Positions 9,229 through 18,417 of a stretch of DNA of 64,000 nucleotides are shown here, in pieces. Origin of the DNA: Alphaproteobacteria bacterium (GTDB lineage Bacteria; Pseudomonadota; Alphaproteobacteria; Bin95); the NCBI GenBank assembly GCA_965205265.1, contig CBDBGH010000003.1:672001-736000 (forward strand). The letters run 5' to 3'. The position numbers and the translations under genes are program-made. Under the pieces are notes generated by a model. It was not told where the DNA came from. It saw only the letters and a program-made list of their open reading frames with translations, and did no database searches. Position 1 is the stretch's first letter. Each line of letters starts with the position of its first letter.

Positions 9229-10850
9229 CACACACGCCTCCAGTCGAAGCCCGGCCTTGTGCCGGAGCCGAAACGCTTGAGCGCCCCGTCCTCGCCGACG
9301 GCGTTGGGGCGGCTGAAAATCCAGTTCTGCCAGGCGGTAAGCCGGCCGAATATCTTGGTGGCGAGGGTTTCGGCGCCGCCGAAGCGCAGGCTCGCCTCCA
9401 TGCCCGTCAGCGCATCCGGCGAGAGCGCCGCGCGCTCCTCCAGCGCAATGCGCACCTCGTCCTCCCAGTCGAGTTCGTCGGGAGCGAAGGTTACGAGTCC
9501 CGCGGCGAGCGCTTCTTCCGGGCCGAAACTGTCGGTGTCGAATTCGGGAATTGCACCGGAAAAGCGGCAGTCGAGCCGGGTGCGCCCGTTCGCCGTTTCG
9601 AGGCTGCCCCGGTTCAGCGCGCCGAGTGCGATCCGGGGCGCGGCCTCCGGCTCGTCGAGCGGCTGGAACATGAAGCTGCGGTCCGCGGCGAGCGCCAGTT
9701 CCAGCAGGGGGCCGACAAAGCAGGAGCCGGGTTCGATGAGCGCGATCAGAGAGCGGGAGGTCACGTCCAGCCGGGCGAGCGCACGCCGCCACCAGGCGAC
9801 TGTCTCCCGCAGGAACCGGTCGGTTTCGGCACCTTCGCTCAGCAGGGCGTCCACGGCCAGCAGCGCTTGCCCGTCGCCCTCGGTCTTCAACACCCAGGCG
9901 CCGATCTGCTCGTGGTTCGTTCGCAACATCAGCACCGCGTCTTCGAGCTCGCGCGCGGCGGCGAGCGGCCACCAGGCGGCGGAGCGCTCCATCGCCACCG
10001 GCCCCGAGGGGCCGGAGACCGTGATCTCCGCGAGCCGCCGCGTGTCCTCGATTCGCACGCGCACATTCGGGTAGCGGTAGCCGTCCGGTTCGACGCGCCG
10101 TTCCAGCGGCGTGAGCGGCACCGGGTCGCCCGCGGGCAGGTCCGGCCGGCCGGCGAGTTCCTCGGCGCGCTCTCGCACGGCGGTTTCGAAGCGCTGCGGC
10201 GGCGCGGTGCGGTCCACAAGGCCCCATTCGAGCGCCCGGCGGCCGCGTGCGCCGTCGGGGTCGGTGCAGAACACGTCGGCGAGGTCGCGGCGGACGCGGC
10301 GCTTGTCGGTGATGCGCGTCAGGCCGCCCGTGCCCGGCAGCACGCCCAGCAGCGGCACTTCCGGCAGGCTGACGGCGCTCGACCGGTCTTCGATGAGCCA
10401 GATCTCGTCGCAAGCCAGCGCCAGCTCATAGCCGCCGCCCGCCGCCGTGCCGTTGCAGGCCGCGATGAAGGCGATGCCCGAGCGCCGGCTCGCATCCTCC
10501 ATGAAGTTGCGGGTCTCGTTGGTGAAGCGGCAGAAATTGACCTTCGCCGCATGGCTCGATCCGGCGAGCATGTAGATATTGGCCCCGGCGCAGAACATGC
10601 GGTCGAGGGCGCTGGTCACGATGACCGCGCGCACCTCAGGATGCTCGAAGCGCAGCCGGTTGAGCGCGTCGTTGAGCTCGATATCGACGCCGAGATCGTA
10701 GGAGTTGCGCTTCAGCGCGTAGCCGGGACGGAGCCCGCCATCCTCGTCCACTTCGAGCGTAAGCGTCGCGACCGCTCCGTCCACCGCCAGCGACCAGTGC
10801 CGGTAGCTCTCCGGTTCGCGGTCGTAGGTGATGAGCATATTGTCGGTCAT
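9228..10850 (-). CDS. boxC: 2,3-epoxybenzoyl-CoA dihydrolase
   Basis: NSYDLGVDIELND, LPEVPLLGVLPGTGG, RLTAWQNWIF...FDWRRV; tandem crotonase domains. Confidence 0.96.
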   Translation of the reverse strand: MTDNMLITYDREPESYRHWSLAVDGAVATLTLEVDEDGGLRPGYALKRNSYDLGVDIELNDALNRLRFEHPEVRAVIVTSALDRMFCAGANIYMLAGSSHAAKVNFCRFTNETRNFMEDASRRSGIAFIAACNGTAAGGGYELALACDEIWLIEDRSSAVSLPEVPLLGVLPGTGGLTRITDKRRVRRDLADVFCTDPDGARGRRALEWGLVDRTAPPQRFETAVRERAEELAGRPDLPAGDPVPLTPLERRVEPDGYRYPNVRVRIEDTRRLAEITVSGPSGPVAMERSAAWWPLAAARELEDAVLMLRTNHEQIGAWVLKTEGDGQALLAVDALLSEGAETDRFLRETVAWWRRALARLDVTSRSLIALIEPGSCFVGPLLELALAADRSFMFQPLDEPEAAPRIALGALNRGSLETANGRTRLDCRFSGAIPEFDTDSFGPEEALAAGLVTFAPDELDWEDEVRIALEERAALSPDALTGMEASLRFGGAETLATKIFGRLTAWQNWIFSRPNAVGEDGALKRFGSGTRPGFDWRRV

Positions 10851-10853
10851 TTA

Positions 10854-10884
10854 TGCATTATATTTCCTGTTCAGCGGGAGTCAA
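10854..10884 (-). promoter_or_regulatory. boxC promoter/operator (TTGACT-N16-TATAAT followed by GCA)
   Basis: Minus strand CTTGACT...ACAGGAAATATAATGCATAA-ATG; the 17-mer is identical to 11747-11763. Confidence 0.7.
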
Positions 10885-11748
10885 GCTGCAGCCGCCCTGC
10901 CTTGTTGCAAGCAGCCGGCGGGCAGTTCGCTCCAATTCGTCGAGGCAGTCCTCGAGTGGACGGCCCGACGTATCGAGCCGGGCGTCGGCGCGGGCATAAT
11001 CGGGGCTGCGGGCGGCAAGGATTGCGCGGAGGTCGGCCATCGCTTCCGGATTGTCGGCCATCGGCCGGCGATCGCCCTGGGCGGCAACGCGCCGCATGTG
11101 CTCCTCGGGCGAGGCCGTCACCCAGACCGTATGGGTGCGGGTCAGCAACAGATCGAGGCTGGCGGCCTCCGCGACGATGCCGCCGGGTGTGGCGATGACC
11201 CCGCGCCCGCCCTTCTCCGTAATGCGGCTGAGCGCACGGTATTCCTGCCGCCTTAGCCCCGGCTGGCCCGACAAGGCCAGGATTTCCGCAATGTTGGCGC
11301 CGTATTCCCGCTCGATCTCTCGGGTGAGTTCGACGAAGGGCCAGTCGAGACGTTCCGCCAGAAGGTGCCCGAGGGTCGTCTTGCCGGCGCCGCGCAAGCC
11401 TATAAGCGCGATCCGTTCCGCCTTGTCCGCAGCCCGTCCGAAATGGCGTTCCAGCAGCGCATGGGCGGCGGCCCGGTCTTCCGGGCCGAGCCGCTCCAGC
11501 AGGGCGGCCGCCGCGTCGTGGGCGGGGGACGAAAACAGTGTTGCGAGGTCCACGCCGATGGCTGCCGCGATGCGGGCCAGCACGCCGATTGAGGGGTTCG
11601 CCCTTCCGCTCTCCAGTTCGGCGAGATAGCGTTCCGACGCCGCGCTGTCACGGGCCAGGATGCGCCGGCTCATGCCGCGAGCGGCCCGGAGAGTCCGCAG
11701 CCTTGCGCCGAGCGGCGCAGCAATGTTTTCCTTGGCGGCGTCGGTCAC
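10858..11748 (-). CDS. boxR: BzdR/BoxR-family regulator (XRE HTH plus shikimate-kinase-like domain)
   Basis: HTH SERYLAELESGRANPS; GLRGAGKTTLG; RVAAQGDRRPM; GTG 11748 is the likely start. Confidence 0.9.
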   Translation of the reverse strand: MTDAAKENIAAPLGARLRTLRAARGMSRRILARDSAASERYLAELESGRANPSIGVLARIAAAIGVDLATLFSSPAHDAAAALLERLGPEDRAAAHALLERHFGRAADKAERIALIGLRGAGKTTLGHLLAERLDWPFVELTREIEREYGANIAEILALSGQPGLRRQEYRALSRITEKGGRGVIATPGGIVAEAASLDLLLTRTHTVWVTASPEEHMRRVAAQGDRRPMADNPEAMADLRAILAARSPDYARADARLDTSGRPLEDCLDELERTARRLLATRQGGCSLTPAEQEI

Positions 11749-11763
11749 AGGAAATATAATGCA
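11732..11763 (+). promoter_or_regulatory. Promoter/operator of the flavodoxin-ligase-hydrolase operon (TTGGCG-N17-TATAAT followed by GCA)
   Basis: ACAGGAAATATAATGCAGCAC-ATG; same 17-mer as before boxC. Confidence 0.7.
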
Positions 11764-11767
11764 GCAC

Positions 11768-12232
11768 ATGAGCAGCTCTGTCATCATCTATGTCGCGACG
11801 ATGACCGGCACGGCCGACCTTGTCGCCGAGGAAGTCCAGGCCGCACTGGAAGACGAGGGCGCGGAGGTGGACCTCCTGCCGATGGACGATCTGGATGCGA
11901 GCGCCTTCGCGGCGCCGGGCCTCTATGTCGTGGTCAGCTCCACCTACGGGCAGGGCGACGTGCCGGACAACGGCCAGGCCCTCGCCGATGCGCTGGAAAG
12001 CGAGCGACCCGACCTCGCCCATGTCCGTTACGGCCTGTTCGCACTCGGCGACATGACCTATGCGCGGACCTTCTGCGGCGGCGGCATGACCTTCGACCGC
12101 ATCCTGAGCGAGCTCGGCGCAAGGCGCGTGGGCGAACCCATGCGCCACAATGCGTCTTCCGGCATCCTGCCGGAGGACGAAGCGGCGGACTGGGCGCGGT
12201 CGTGGTATGAAAGCGCCATGGCGGAGGTGTGA
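11768..12232 (+). CDS. Short-chain flavodoxin (MioC/YqcA-like)
   Basis: ATMTGTA FMN loop, SSTYGQGDVPDN, LGDMTYARTFCGGG. Confidence 0.9.
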   Translation: MSSSVIIYVATMTGTADLVAEEVQAALEDEGAEVDLLPMDDLDASAFAAPGLYVVVSSTYGQGDVPDNGQALADALESERPDLAHVRYGLFALGDMTYARTFCGGGMTFDRILSELGARRVGEPMRHNASSGILPEDEAADWARSWYESAMAEV

Positions 12233-13722
12233 GCGACATGGCCGGCTACAATGCGGCGGCGGACCTGATCGGGCGCAACCTCGCCGCCGGGCGCGGCGCG
12301 AAGACGGCGGTGATCGACAGCCGGGGCGCGCACAGCTATGCCGACATCGACGCGGCGACGAGCCGGTTCGCCCATGCGCTCGCGGCGCTCGGCGTCAGGC
12401 GCGAGGAGCGTATCCTCCTCTGCCTCAACGACACGGCGGATTTCCACACCTGCTTCCTCGGTGCCATCAAGGCCGGCGTCGTCCCGGTGCCGGTCAACAC
12501 GCGGCTAACCCGCGACGACTACGCCTTCATGCTGCACGATGCCCGCGCGCAGGCGGCCTTCGTCTCGGCGAATCTCGCCCCGGTCTTCGAGGGACTACAC
12601 GACCGCGTCATCCGGGACGGCGGCGAACTCGCGCGGCTGATCGCGCCCGAGAGCCCTGTGTTCGCGGCTGCCGAAACGGTCGAGGACGAGATGTGCTTCT
12701 GGCTCTACACCTCGGGCACGACGGGCCAGCCGAAAGGCGCGGTGCATCTGCATGGCGACCTGGCGCGCACAGCGGAGCTTTATGCCGGGCCGACGCTGGG
12801 TGTCGCCGAAGACGACGTGCTGTTCTCCGCCGCCAAGCTGTTCTTCGCCTACGGACTCGGCAACGGCCTGACCTTCCCGATGGCGGCGGGAGCGACCTCG
12901 GTGCTGCTTGAAGGACCGCCGGAGCCGGGGCCGATCTGCCGCCTGCTGCGCGAGGCCCGGCCCACAATCTTCTTCGGCGTGCCGACCCTGTTCGCCATGC
13001 TGCTCGCGAGCGGCGAGGCGCCGGAGCCGGGCGAACATGCGCTCCGGCTTGCGGTCTCCGCCGGCGAGGCACTGCCGCCCGAAATCCTGCGTCGCTGGCA
13101 GGAGGCCGTCGGCGTGGACATTCTGGACGGCCTCGGCTCCACCGAGATGCTGCATATCTTCATCACAAACCGGGTCGGCGACATCGCGCCGGGGGCTTCG
13201 GGGCGCCCGGTCGAGGGCTATGAGTTGCGCCTTGTGGACGATGACGACCGGGTGATCGAGGAGCCCGGCGCGCTGGGTGCGCTGGAGGTCAAGGGACCGA
13301 CCAGCGCGGTGTTCTACTGGAACCGGCGGGCGCGTTCGGTCGAGACCTTCCGCGGCGCCTGGACGCGCACGGGCGACAAATACACGCGCGACGGGAACGG
13401 CGTTTACGCCTTCGCCGGGCGCGCGGACGACATGCTCAAGGTCGGCGGCATCTATGTCTCGCCCTTCGAGGTGGAAGGTGCGCTGCTGAAGCATGAGGCC
13501 GTGCTGGAGGCGGCGGTGGTGGGTGCGGAGGACCCGGACGGCCTCATCAAGCCGAAGGCCTTCGTGGTGCTGCAGGAGGGCAGGGAAGCCGGTGAGGCGG
13601 AGCTGCAGGATTTCGTGCGCGGCCAGCTCGCCGCCTACAAATATCCGCGCTGGGTCGAATTCGTGGACGAGCTGCCGAAGACGGCGACCGGCAAGATCCA
13701 GCGGTACAAGCTCCGCGCATGA
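12229..13722 (+). CDS. Benzoate-CoA ligase family protein
   Basis: WLYTSGTTGQPKG, KLFFAYGLGN, GSTEMLHIF, LPKTATGKIQR; box cluster context. Confidence 0.93.
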   Translation: MSDMAGYNAAADLIGRNLAAGRGAKTAVIDSRGAHSYADIDAATSRFAHALAALGVRREERILLCLNDTADFHTCFLGAIKAGVVPVPVNTRLTRDDYAFMLHDARAQAAFVSANLAPVFEGLHDRVIRDGGELARLIAPESPVFAAAETVEDEMCFWLYTSGTTGQPKGAVHLHGDLARTAELYAGPTLGVAEDDVLFSAAKLFFAYGLGNGLTFPMAAGATSVLLEGPPEPGPICRLLREARPTIFFGVPTLFAMLLASGEAPEPGEHALRLAVSAGEALPPEILRRWQEAVGVDILDGLGSTEMLHIFITNRVGDIAPGASGRPVEGYELRLVDDDDRVIEEPGALGALEVKGPTSAVFYWNRRARSVETFRGAWTRTGDKYTRDGNGVYAFAGRADDMLKVGGIYVSPFEVEGALLKHEAVLEAAVVGAEDPDGLIKPKAFVVLQEGREAGEAELQDFVRGQLAAYKYPRWVEFVDELPKTATGKIQRYKLRA

Positions 13723-14519
13723 GCGGTCCGCCGGTCCTGGACGGCCGGCTCGCCCTCGACGACGGCGAGATCGAATACCGCTGGATCGCGGGCGATTCCA
13801 CCCGCCCGACGCTGGTGTTCCTGCATGAAGGGCTCGGATCGGCCGCCCTCTGGCGCGATTTTCCCGACCGGGCGGCGGCGCAGACGGGCGCGGGCGCGCT
13901 GGTCTATTCCCGCCCCGGCTATGGCGGCTCGTCGCTGCCGGCCGGCGGCGCATTCCCGCTCGACTACATGCATGTCGAGGCCGAACGGCGCCTGCCGGCG
14001 GTGCTGGCGGCGCTCGGCATCGAGCGGCCTCTGCTCGTCGGCCACAGCGACGGCGGCTCCATCGCCCTCATCCATGCCGGCGCCTTTCCGGACGCCGTCT
14101 CCGGGCTGGTCCTCATGGCCCCGCATGTCTTCGTCGAGGACTGTTCGATCCGCGCCATCACGGAGGCCCGGCGCGCCTTCGACGGCGGAGGCCTCGACAG
14201 GCGGCTCGCCCGCTGGCACCGCGACGCCGCCGGGACGTTCGATGCCTGGAACCTGGCCTGGCTCGACCCGCGTTTCCGCGACTGGAACATCGAAGGCTAC
14301 CTGCCGAAGGTGACCGCGCCGCTGCTCGCCTTCCAGGGCGGGGCCGACCCTTACGGCACGCGCGAACAGACCGACCGCATCGCCCGGCAGGTGTCAGGCC
14401 CGGCGGAAATCCTGCTGCTGCCCGGCTGCGGCCATACGCCCTGGCGCGAGGCCGGGGACGCCGTCTTGCCGGCCATGACGGATTTCGCCGCGCGCCTTGC
14501 CGGCGGCTACAGGTTGTAG
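13719..14519 (+). CDS. Alpha/beta hydrolase (lactonase-like, typical of box clusters)
   Basis: LHEGLGS, GHSDGGS nucleophile elbow, CGHTP. Confidence 0.85.
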   Translation: MSGPPVLDGRLALDDGEIEYRWIAGDSTRPTLVFLHEGLGSAALWRDFPDRAAAQTGAGALVYSRPGYGGSSLPAGGAFPLDYMHVEAERRLPAVLAALGIERPLLVGHSDGGSIALIHAGAFPDAVSGLVLMAPHVFVEDCSIRAITEARRAFDGGGLDRRLARWHRDAAGTFDAWNLAWLDPRFRDWNIEGYLPKVTAPLLAFQGGADPYGTREQTDRIARQVSGPAEILLLPGCGHTPWREAGDAVLPAMTDFAARLAGGYRL

Positions 14520-15850
14520 ATGAGGCTCGCGCCGATGAAGGTGTCGCGGCGCACCCCGTAGAGGGCGTCGCCCGGCCGCTCGACGCCGTGGAACGCCGTG
14601 CCCTCGAGTTCGAACGACCAGTTGTCGTCCAGCCTTGTCTTCGCCTCGAAGCCGAATACCCGGCCGCCATGGTCCAGATCCTCCGCCACGCTCAGGGTGA
14701 ACTCGGTGCCCTCGACATCGTTGAGCGCCAGCCGGGCCCCGAGGAACAGGTCGTTCTCGAAGGCGTTGGTCGCGCGCTCCGCTCCCCGCCCGTCCCAGTG
14801 CCACTCCGCCAGCAGGGTGATCTCGGCTTCCGTGTCGAAGACGGCGTACAGCGTGTGTTCGCCGCCGACTATCCAGGCGCCGTAATCGTCTTCTTCGCCC
14901 AAAGGGTGTTGCACGCTGGGCCGGTTGCTGGCGCCGAGGCGGCGGATGGCCTCCAGCTTGAACAGCCAGGGTCCGGTGGTGAGCTGCGCGTCCAGCCCGA
15001 ACTGCCGGATTTTCTCGTAATGGGGGTGCAGGGCTGTCGGCACAGGCAGCGGCAGTCCCGGCATCGTCACAAACTTCGCAGGCCGCAGGACCGGCTCCCG
15101 GCTCTGGCCGTCGAAATAGGCAACGCCCATATCGACGGGGCCGAAACTGCCGCTGTAACGGACCGCCCAGTCCATGTGCCGTTCCTCGGCGGCGCTGTCA
15201 TAGGTTGCCCTGTCATTGTCCACGACGAGGCCGCTGCGCAGCCGGCCGGCGCGGCCCGGATAGGTGCGCTCCCGGTGCCAGGGCAGGAGGAACAGCTCCA
15301 GCACGCCCCAGTCGGCGGACCATGTGCCGTGCGCCATGGGCTGGCCGAGCTTGGTCTTTTCGTCGGGGTGCTCGACCAGGTCCGTCTGGTTGACGATATC
15401 GACGATGTTGCGCACTTCCGCCACGCCCCAGGCGACCCGGTCCACACCGAGGCGCAACTCCCACTCCCCCTCGCCGAGTTCGCCGTAGAGCAGCAGGAAG
15501 GCTTCGCGGAGATCGGCATGGGTGCGGCGCGGGTCGGCGCTGTCGTAGCGGAAGAAGGGCGAGATGGTGAGGCTGCGGCCCTCCTCGTCCTCGGCATAGA
15601 GCTCCGGCTTCGCCGTGAAGCCGCTCGCATGGGACCGCTGGCCGGGATGCTGGGCGCTGTCCAGATAGAGGCGGCTCTCGATGCTGAACCTGCCGGACAG
15701 TTCGACTTCGACATCCGCCGCTTGCGCCGCCGCGCCGAAGAGCGAAAGCAGAATCCCGGCCGCTATTCTCCGCAGACTGTCGCGGCCTCTTCGGTCCGGC
15801 CGCTCTTCCCGCCGTCTTCCTCCGCCATGCCCGCCCCCCAACAACGTCAT
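14507..15850 (-). CDS. Probable outer-membrane beta-barrel protein of unknown function (start uncertain)
   Basis: Signal-peptide-like RRIAAGILLSLFGAAAQA/ADV; DLREA...WGVAEVRNIVDIVNQTD..E..KLGQPM pattern; alternating-hydrophobic C-terminal strand FIGASLIYNL. Confidence 0.65.
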   Translation of the reverse strand: MTLLGGGHGGGRRREERPDRRGRDSLRRIAAGILLSLFGAAAQAADVEVELSGRFSIESRLYLDSAQHPGQRSHASGFTAKPELYAEDEEGRSLTISPFFRYDSADPRRTHADLREAFLLLYGELGEGEWELRLGVDRVAWGVAEVRNIVDIVNQTDLVEHPDEKTKLGQPMAHGTWSADWGVLELFLLPWHRERTYPGRAGRLRSGLVVDNDRATYDSAAEERHMDWAVRYSGSFGPVDMGVAYFDGQSREPVLRPAKFVTMPGLPLPVPTALHPHYEKIRQFGLDAQLTTGPWLFKLEAIRRLGASNRPSVQHPLGEEDDYGAWIVGGEHTLYAVFDTEAEITLLAEWHWDGRGAERATNAFENDLFLGARLALNDVEGTEFTLSVAEDLDHGGRVFGFEAKTRLDDNWSFELEGTAFHGVERPGDALYGVRRDTFIGASLIYNL

Positions 15851-15860
15851 GGCCTCTTCC

Positions 15861-16190
15861 CGTCATGCCCGACCCCTGGATCGTCATACCCGGACCTGAT
15901 CCACGGCTGTCCGGTTCCATCATTGGGCCGGTCCGGTCCGGAGTTTTTGGGCGCGCGCGGTGTCTCCGGTCCGCTTCCCTCCATCGTGTCCGAACAGCCT
16001 CCCTGCGCTGTGCCCGAACGCCCTTCTCCGTCATGCCCGGACTTGTTCCGGGCATCTCCGTCGGGGCCATCGCGGCGGCTGCATGGATGCCCGGAACAAG
16101 TCCGGGCATGACGATATGAGGGCATGACGATATGAGGGCATGACGATATGAGGGCATGACGATGAAGAGGGGGGACGTTCGGGCATGACG
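15861..16190. repeat. Cluster of REP-like palindromes with a 16-bp tandem repeat
   Basis: Inverted pair CGTCATGCCCGGACTTGTTCCGGGCATC (16029-16056) / GATGCCCGGAACAAGTCCGGGCATGACG (16086-16113); GGGCATGACGATATGA x3 plus a partial copy (16104-16163). Confidence 0.85.
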
Positions 16191-16237
16191 GAAGGGTCGC
16201 CCGGCGGCAACGCTCCGCAGGACTCCCGGGCGCCGGC

Positions 16238-17308
16238 TCATGCGGCCGGGCCGCCCGCTTCCCGGACGCGGGGAAGGCCGCGCCCGAGGCCGGTGAACAG
16301 AATCTTCAGCGCGGCGTCGGAGCGCGCCAGCGCGCTGGTGGTCACGACCACGGCCTTTACGGCGCGCCGCGAAATCTTGACTTCCTGGCCGCTCCCGAAG
16401 GCGGGCGTCGTGTATGTGCGACGCAGGGTGAGCACCGCCATGCCGAGCGCCCACAGGCAGAACCGGCGGATGCCCGTCTCGTGCGCCGGGATGAGCAGGA
16501 TGTAACGAAGCGCATTGGCGAGATGCTGGCCGACGATCGCGATGAGCCGGTTCAGCCCCTCGACAAAGCCGGGATCGGCCTGGCCCGGCGCAAGCGAGCG
16601 GAGGTCGAAGCCGGCCGCTAGGAAGACGCTGCGCGGCAGCCAGCAGGCGCCGCGGCTCCGGTCTTCCCAGATGTCCTTCAGGATATTGGTCATCTGGAGG
16701 CCCTGCCCGTAAGAGGCCGAGAGCGCGAAGAGCTCCTCGCGCCGCGCGTCGATTTCCTCGGAATAGTCGCAGAAGAGTTCCGTCAGCATTTCGCCGACGA
16801 CGCCGGCGACATGGTAGCAGTAGCGGTCGAGGTGCTGGAGGTCGTTCAGCCCTTCGAGGCTGGTGCCTTCCTGAAATTCCGTCATGCCGTGCGTCATGAT
16901 CCTCACGCAGCGCAACATTGCCTGCCGTTGCGCGGCGGAGAAGCCGTCCGTGATCCGCATGACGCGGGGAACGTTGGCGATCAGGTCGCGCTCGGCTTCG
17001 GTCGCCGAGCGGGTCAGCAGGACGATGAGGTCGTCCGAGAAGGCTCTTGCGTCCTCGCTGCCTTCGACGACGCCGACCCAGCGTTCGGAAAACTCGCGTT
17101 TCCGGGCTGCGGAGAGGGCGGCTTCGTCCTCGATGGTGTCCGCGATCCGGCAGAGCAGATAGGCATTGCCGACCGCGTCGCGGAGCGGGGCGGGCAGCTG
17201 GGGAATGGTAAGCGCGAATGTGCGGGAAACGCCCTGCAGGATCTCCGCCTGGTAAGCGAGGTCGCGTTCAAGGGCGGTTTCGCCAGTTGCCGTTTTCAGC
17301 TTCGACAT
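16238..17308 (-). CDS. Squalene/phytoene synthase family, single-subunit squalene synthase-like
   Basis: VSRTFAL flap, [36 protein letters not shown]; ATG 17308 preferred. Confidence 0.88.
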   Translation of the reverse strand: MSKLKTATGETALERDLAYQAEILQGVSRTFALTIPQLPAPLRDAVGNAYLLCRIADTIEDEAALSAARKREFSERWVGVVEGSEDARAFSDDLIVLLTRSATEAERDLIANVPRVMRITDGFSAAQRQAMLRCVRIMTHGMTEFQEGTSLEGLNDLQHLDRYCYHVAGVVGEMLTELFCDYSEEIDARREELFALSASYGQGLQMTNILKDIWEDRSRGACWLPRSVFLAAGFDLRSLAPGQADPGFVEGLNRLIAIVGQHLANALRYILLIPAHETGIRRFCLWALGMAVLTLRRTYTTPAFGSGQEVKISRRAVKAVVVTTSALARSDAALKILFTGLGRGLPRVREAGGPAA

Positions 17309-17610
17309 CCCGCTTTCAGCCGGGCTCCGCCACAAAAGGCTGCCGGTTCCATGGTTTCCGACCGGACAGTCCAAGTCAAGCAACGGTTCGCCCGCCGCCG
17401 GACGGCGAAGGGCGGCGCCGGCCCGCCGTGAGGACTCCTCGCGGGGTGTCATGGGATGTCATGTTCTGCATGCGCATGGCGCATGTCCTGTGGCCGTTTG
17501 GGGCATGGGTCCGCTCCTCTTTCTTCCTCTCCCGCAAGCGCTACCGGATTCACACATCCCCGCGTGGTGGCGTTGCCCCGCATATCCTAACCGTCGCCCC
17601 GGTTCTCGCA

Positions 17611-17797
17611 GCACCCCCTTCGTCATACCCGGAACAAGTCCGGGTATGACGAAGGGGGTGCCCTGAACCTGTCGAAGGGGGGCGTTCGGGCATGACGGAC
17701 AGGAGGCCGACCGGGGACGCCGCGCGCTCCCGAAATCCCGTTCGGCTCCCCCTCAATGTCTGAACCGGACACCAGTGGAACAAGTCCGGGTATGGCG
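17611..17797. repeat. REP-like perfect hairpin plus degenerate inverted copy of the 15882-16026 segment
   Basis: 23-bp stem GCACCCCCTTCGTCATACCCGGA-ACAAG-TCCGGGTATGACGAAGGGGGTGC (17611-17661); 17763-17797 is 30/35 identical to the reverse complement of 15882-15916. Confidence 0.8.
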
Positions 17798-17886
17798 GGG
17801 AGAGGGCATGATGGGGAAGGGTCGGGCCACCGGTTACGGACCGAAACGAGATGTGTGCATGCGGTAGCCCGCAAGCGGGAGGGGAG

Positions 17887-18260
17887 AGTTCGAGCGCTCT
17901 GCCTGGCTCCTCGAAGCCGTATCCGTCAGCATCCTGCATGTCGTTCCTCCATCCTGTTTCGTTCCACTCCGTTCCGTTCCTCCCGCCGCCCGGCTTGCCC
18001 AGGTAGCGGGACCCTGATTCGCGCGTATCCTGCGCGCGCCTGTGCCGGCGCGGGCGCGTGTTTCGCCGCGGCGCGGTTCGCGCGCCTGATTGCCCGCGCG
18101 CGAGGCAAGCGCAGGACGCACTTCACATGTCGGCTGAATCGGGGTCGTTCCGCACCGGGCCGGCACGGGAGGAGAAGCGGCCTCGCGAACGCCGCCCCCA
18201 TTCTCAAGTCCTAATATATTACAGAATTCGCAGAAATCAACCTTTATTCTCGAATTAATT
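17887..18260. repeat. 374-bp direct repeat, left copy (long target-site duplication of the IS1634-family element)
   Basis: Matches 22974-23347 at offset 5087 (identical ORF translations 17926..18207 and 23013..23294); abuts the left IR. Confidence 0.92.
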
Positions 18261-18417
18261 CCTGACTTCGACGGTTGGGCTGACTTCTGACCGATCTCGC
18301 GTCTGGAGTTTTCAGTAAAGCCAATGAGTTGGCAGTTGCGGTGCGGTCAAGCTGCGTTGTAGTGCCTAGTAAATCTTTGAGACTGTCAATGCCTCCGCCA
18401 CGCGCTACACTCCCCCC

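Noticed and set aside
6830-10413. Extended ORFs 7804..10413 and 6830..8242 suggesting fusions
   Set aside because: The extensions overlap boxC and boxB out of frame; coupled starts exist at 9228 and 7807
16104-16163. Short direct repeats as a possible CRISPR array
   Set aside because: 16-bp units are head-to-tail with no spacers, and no cas genes are present
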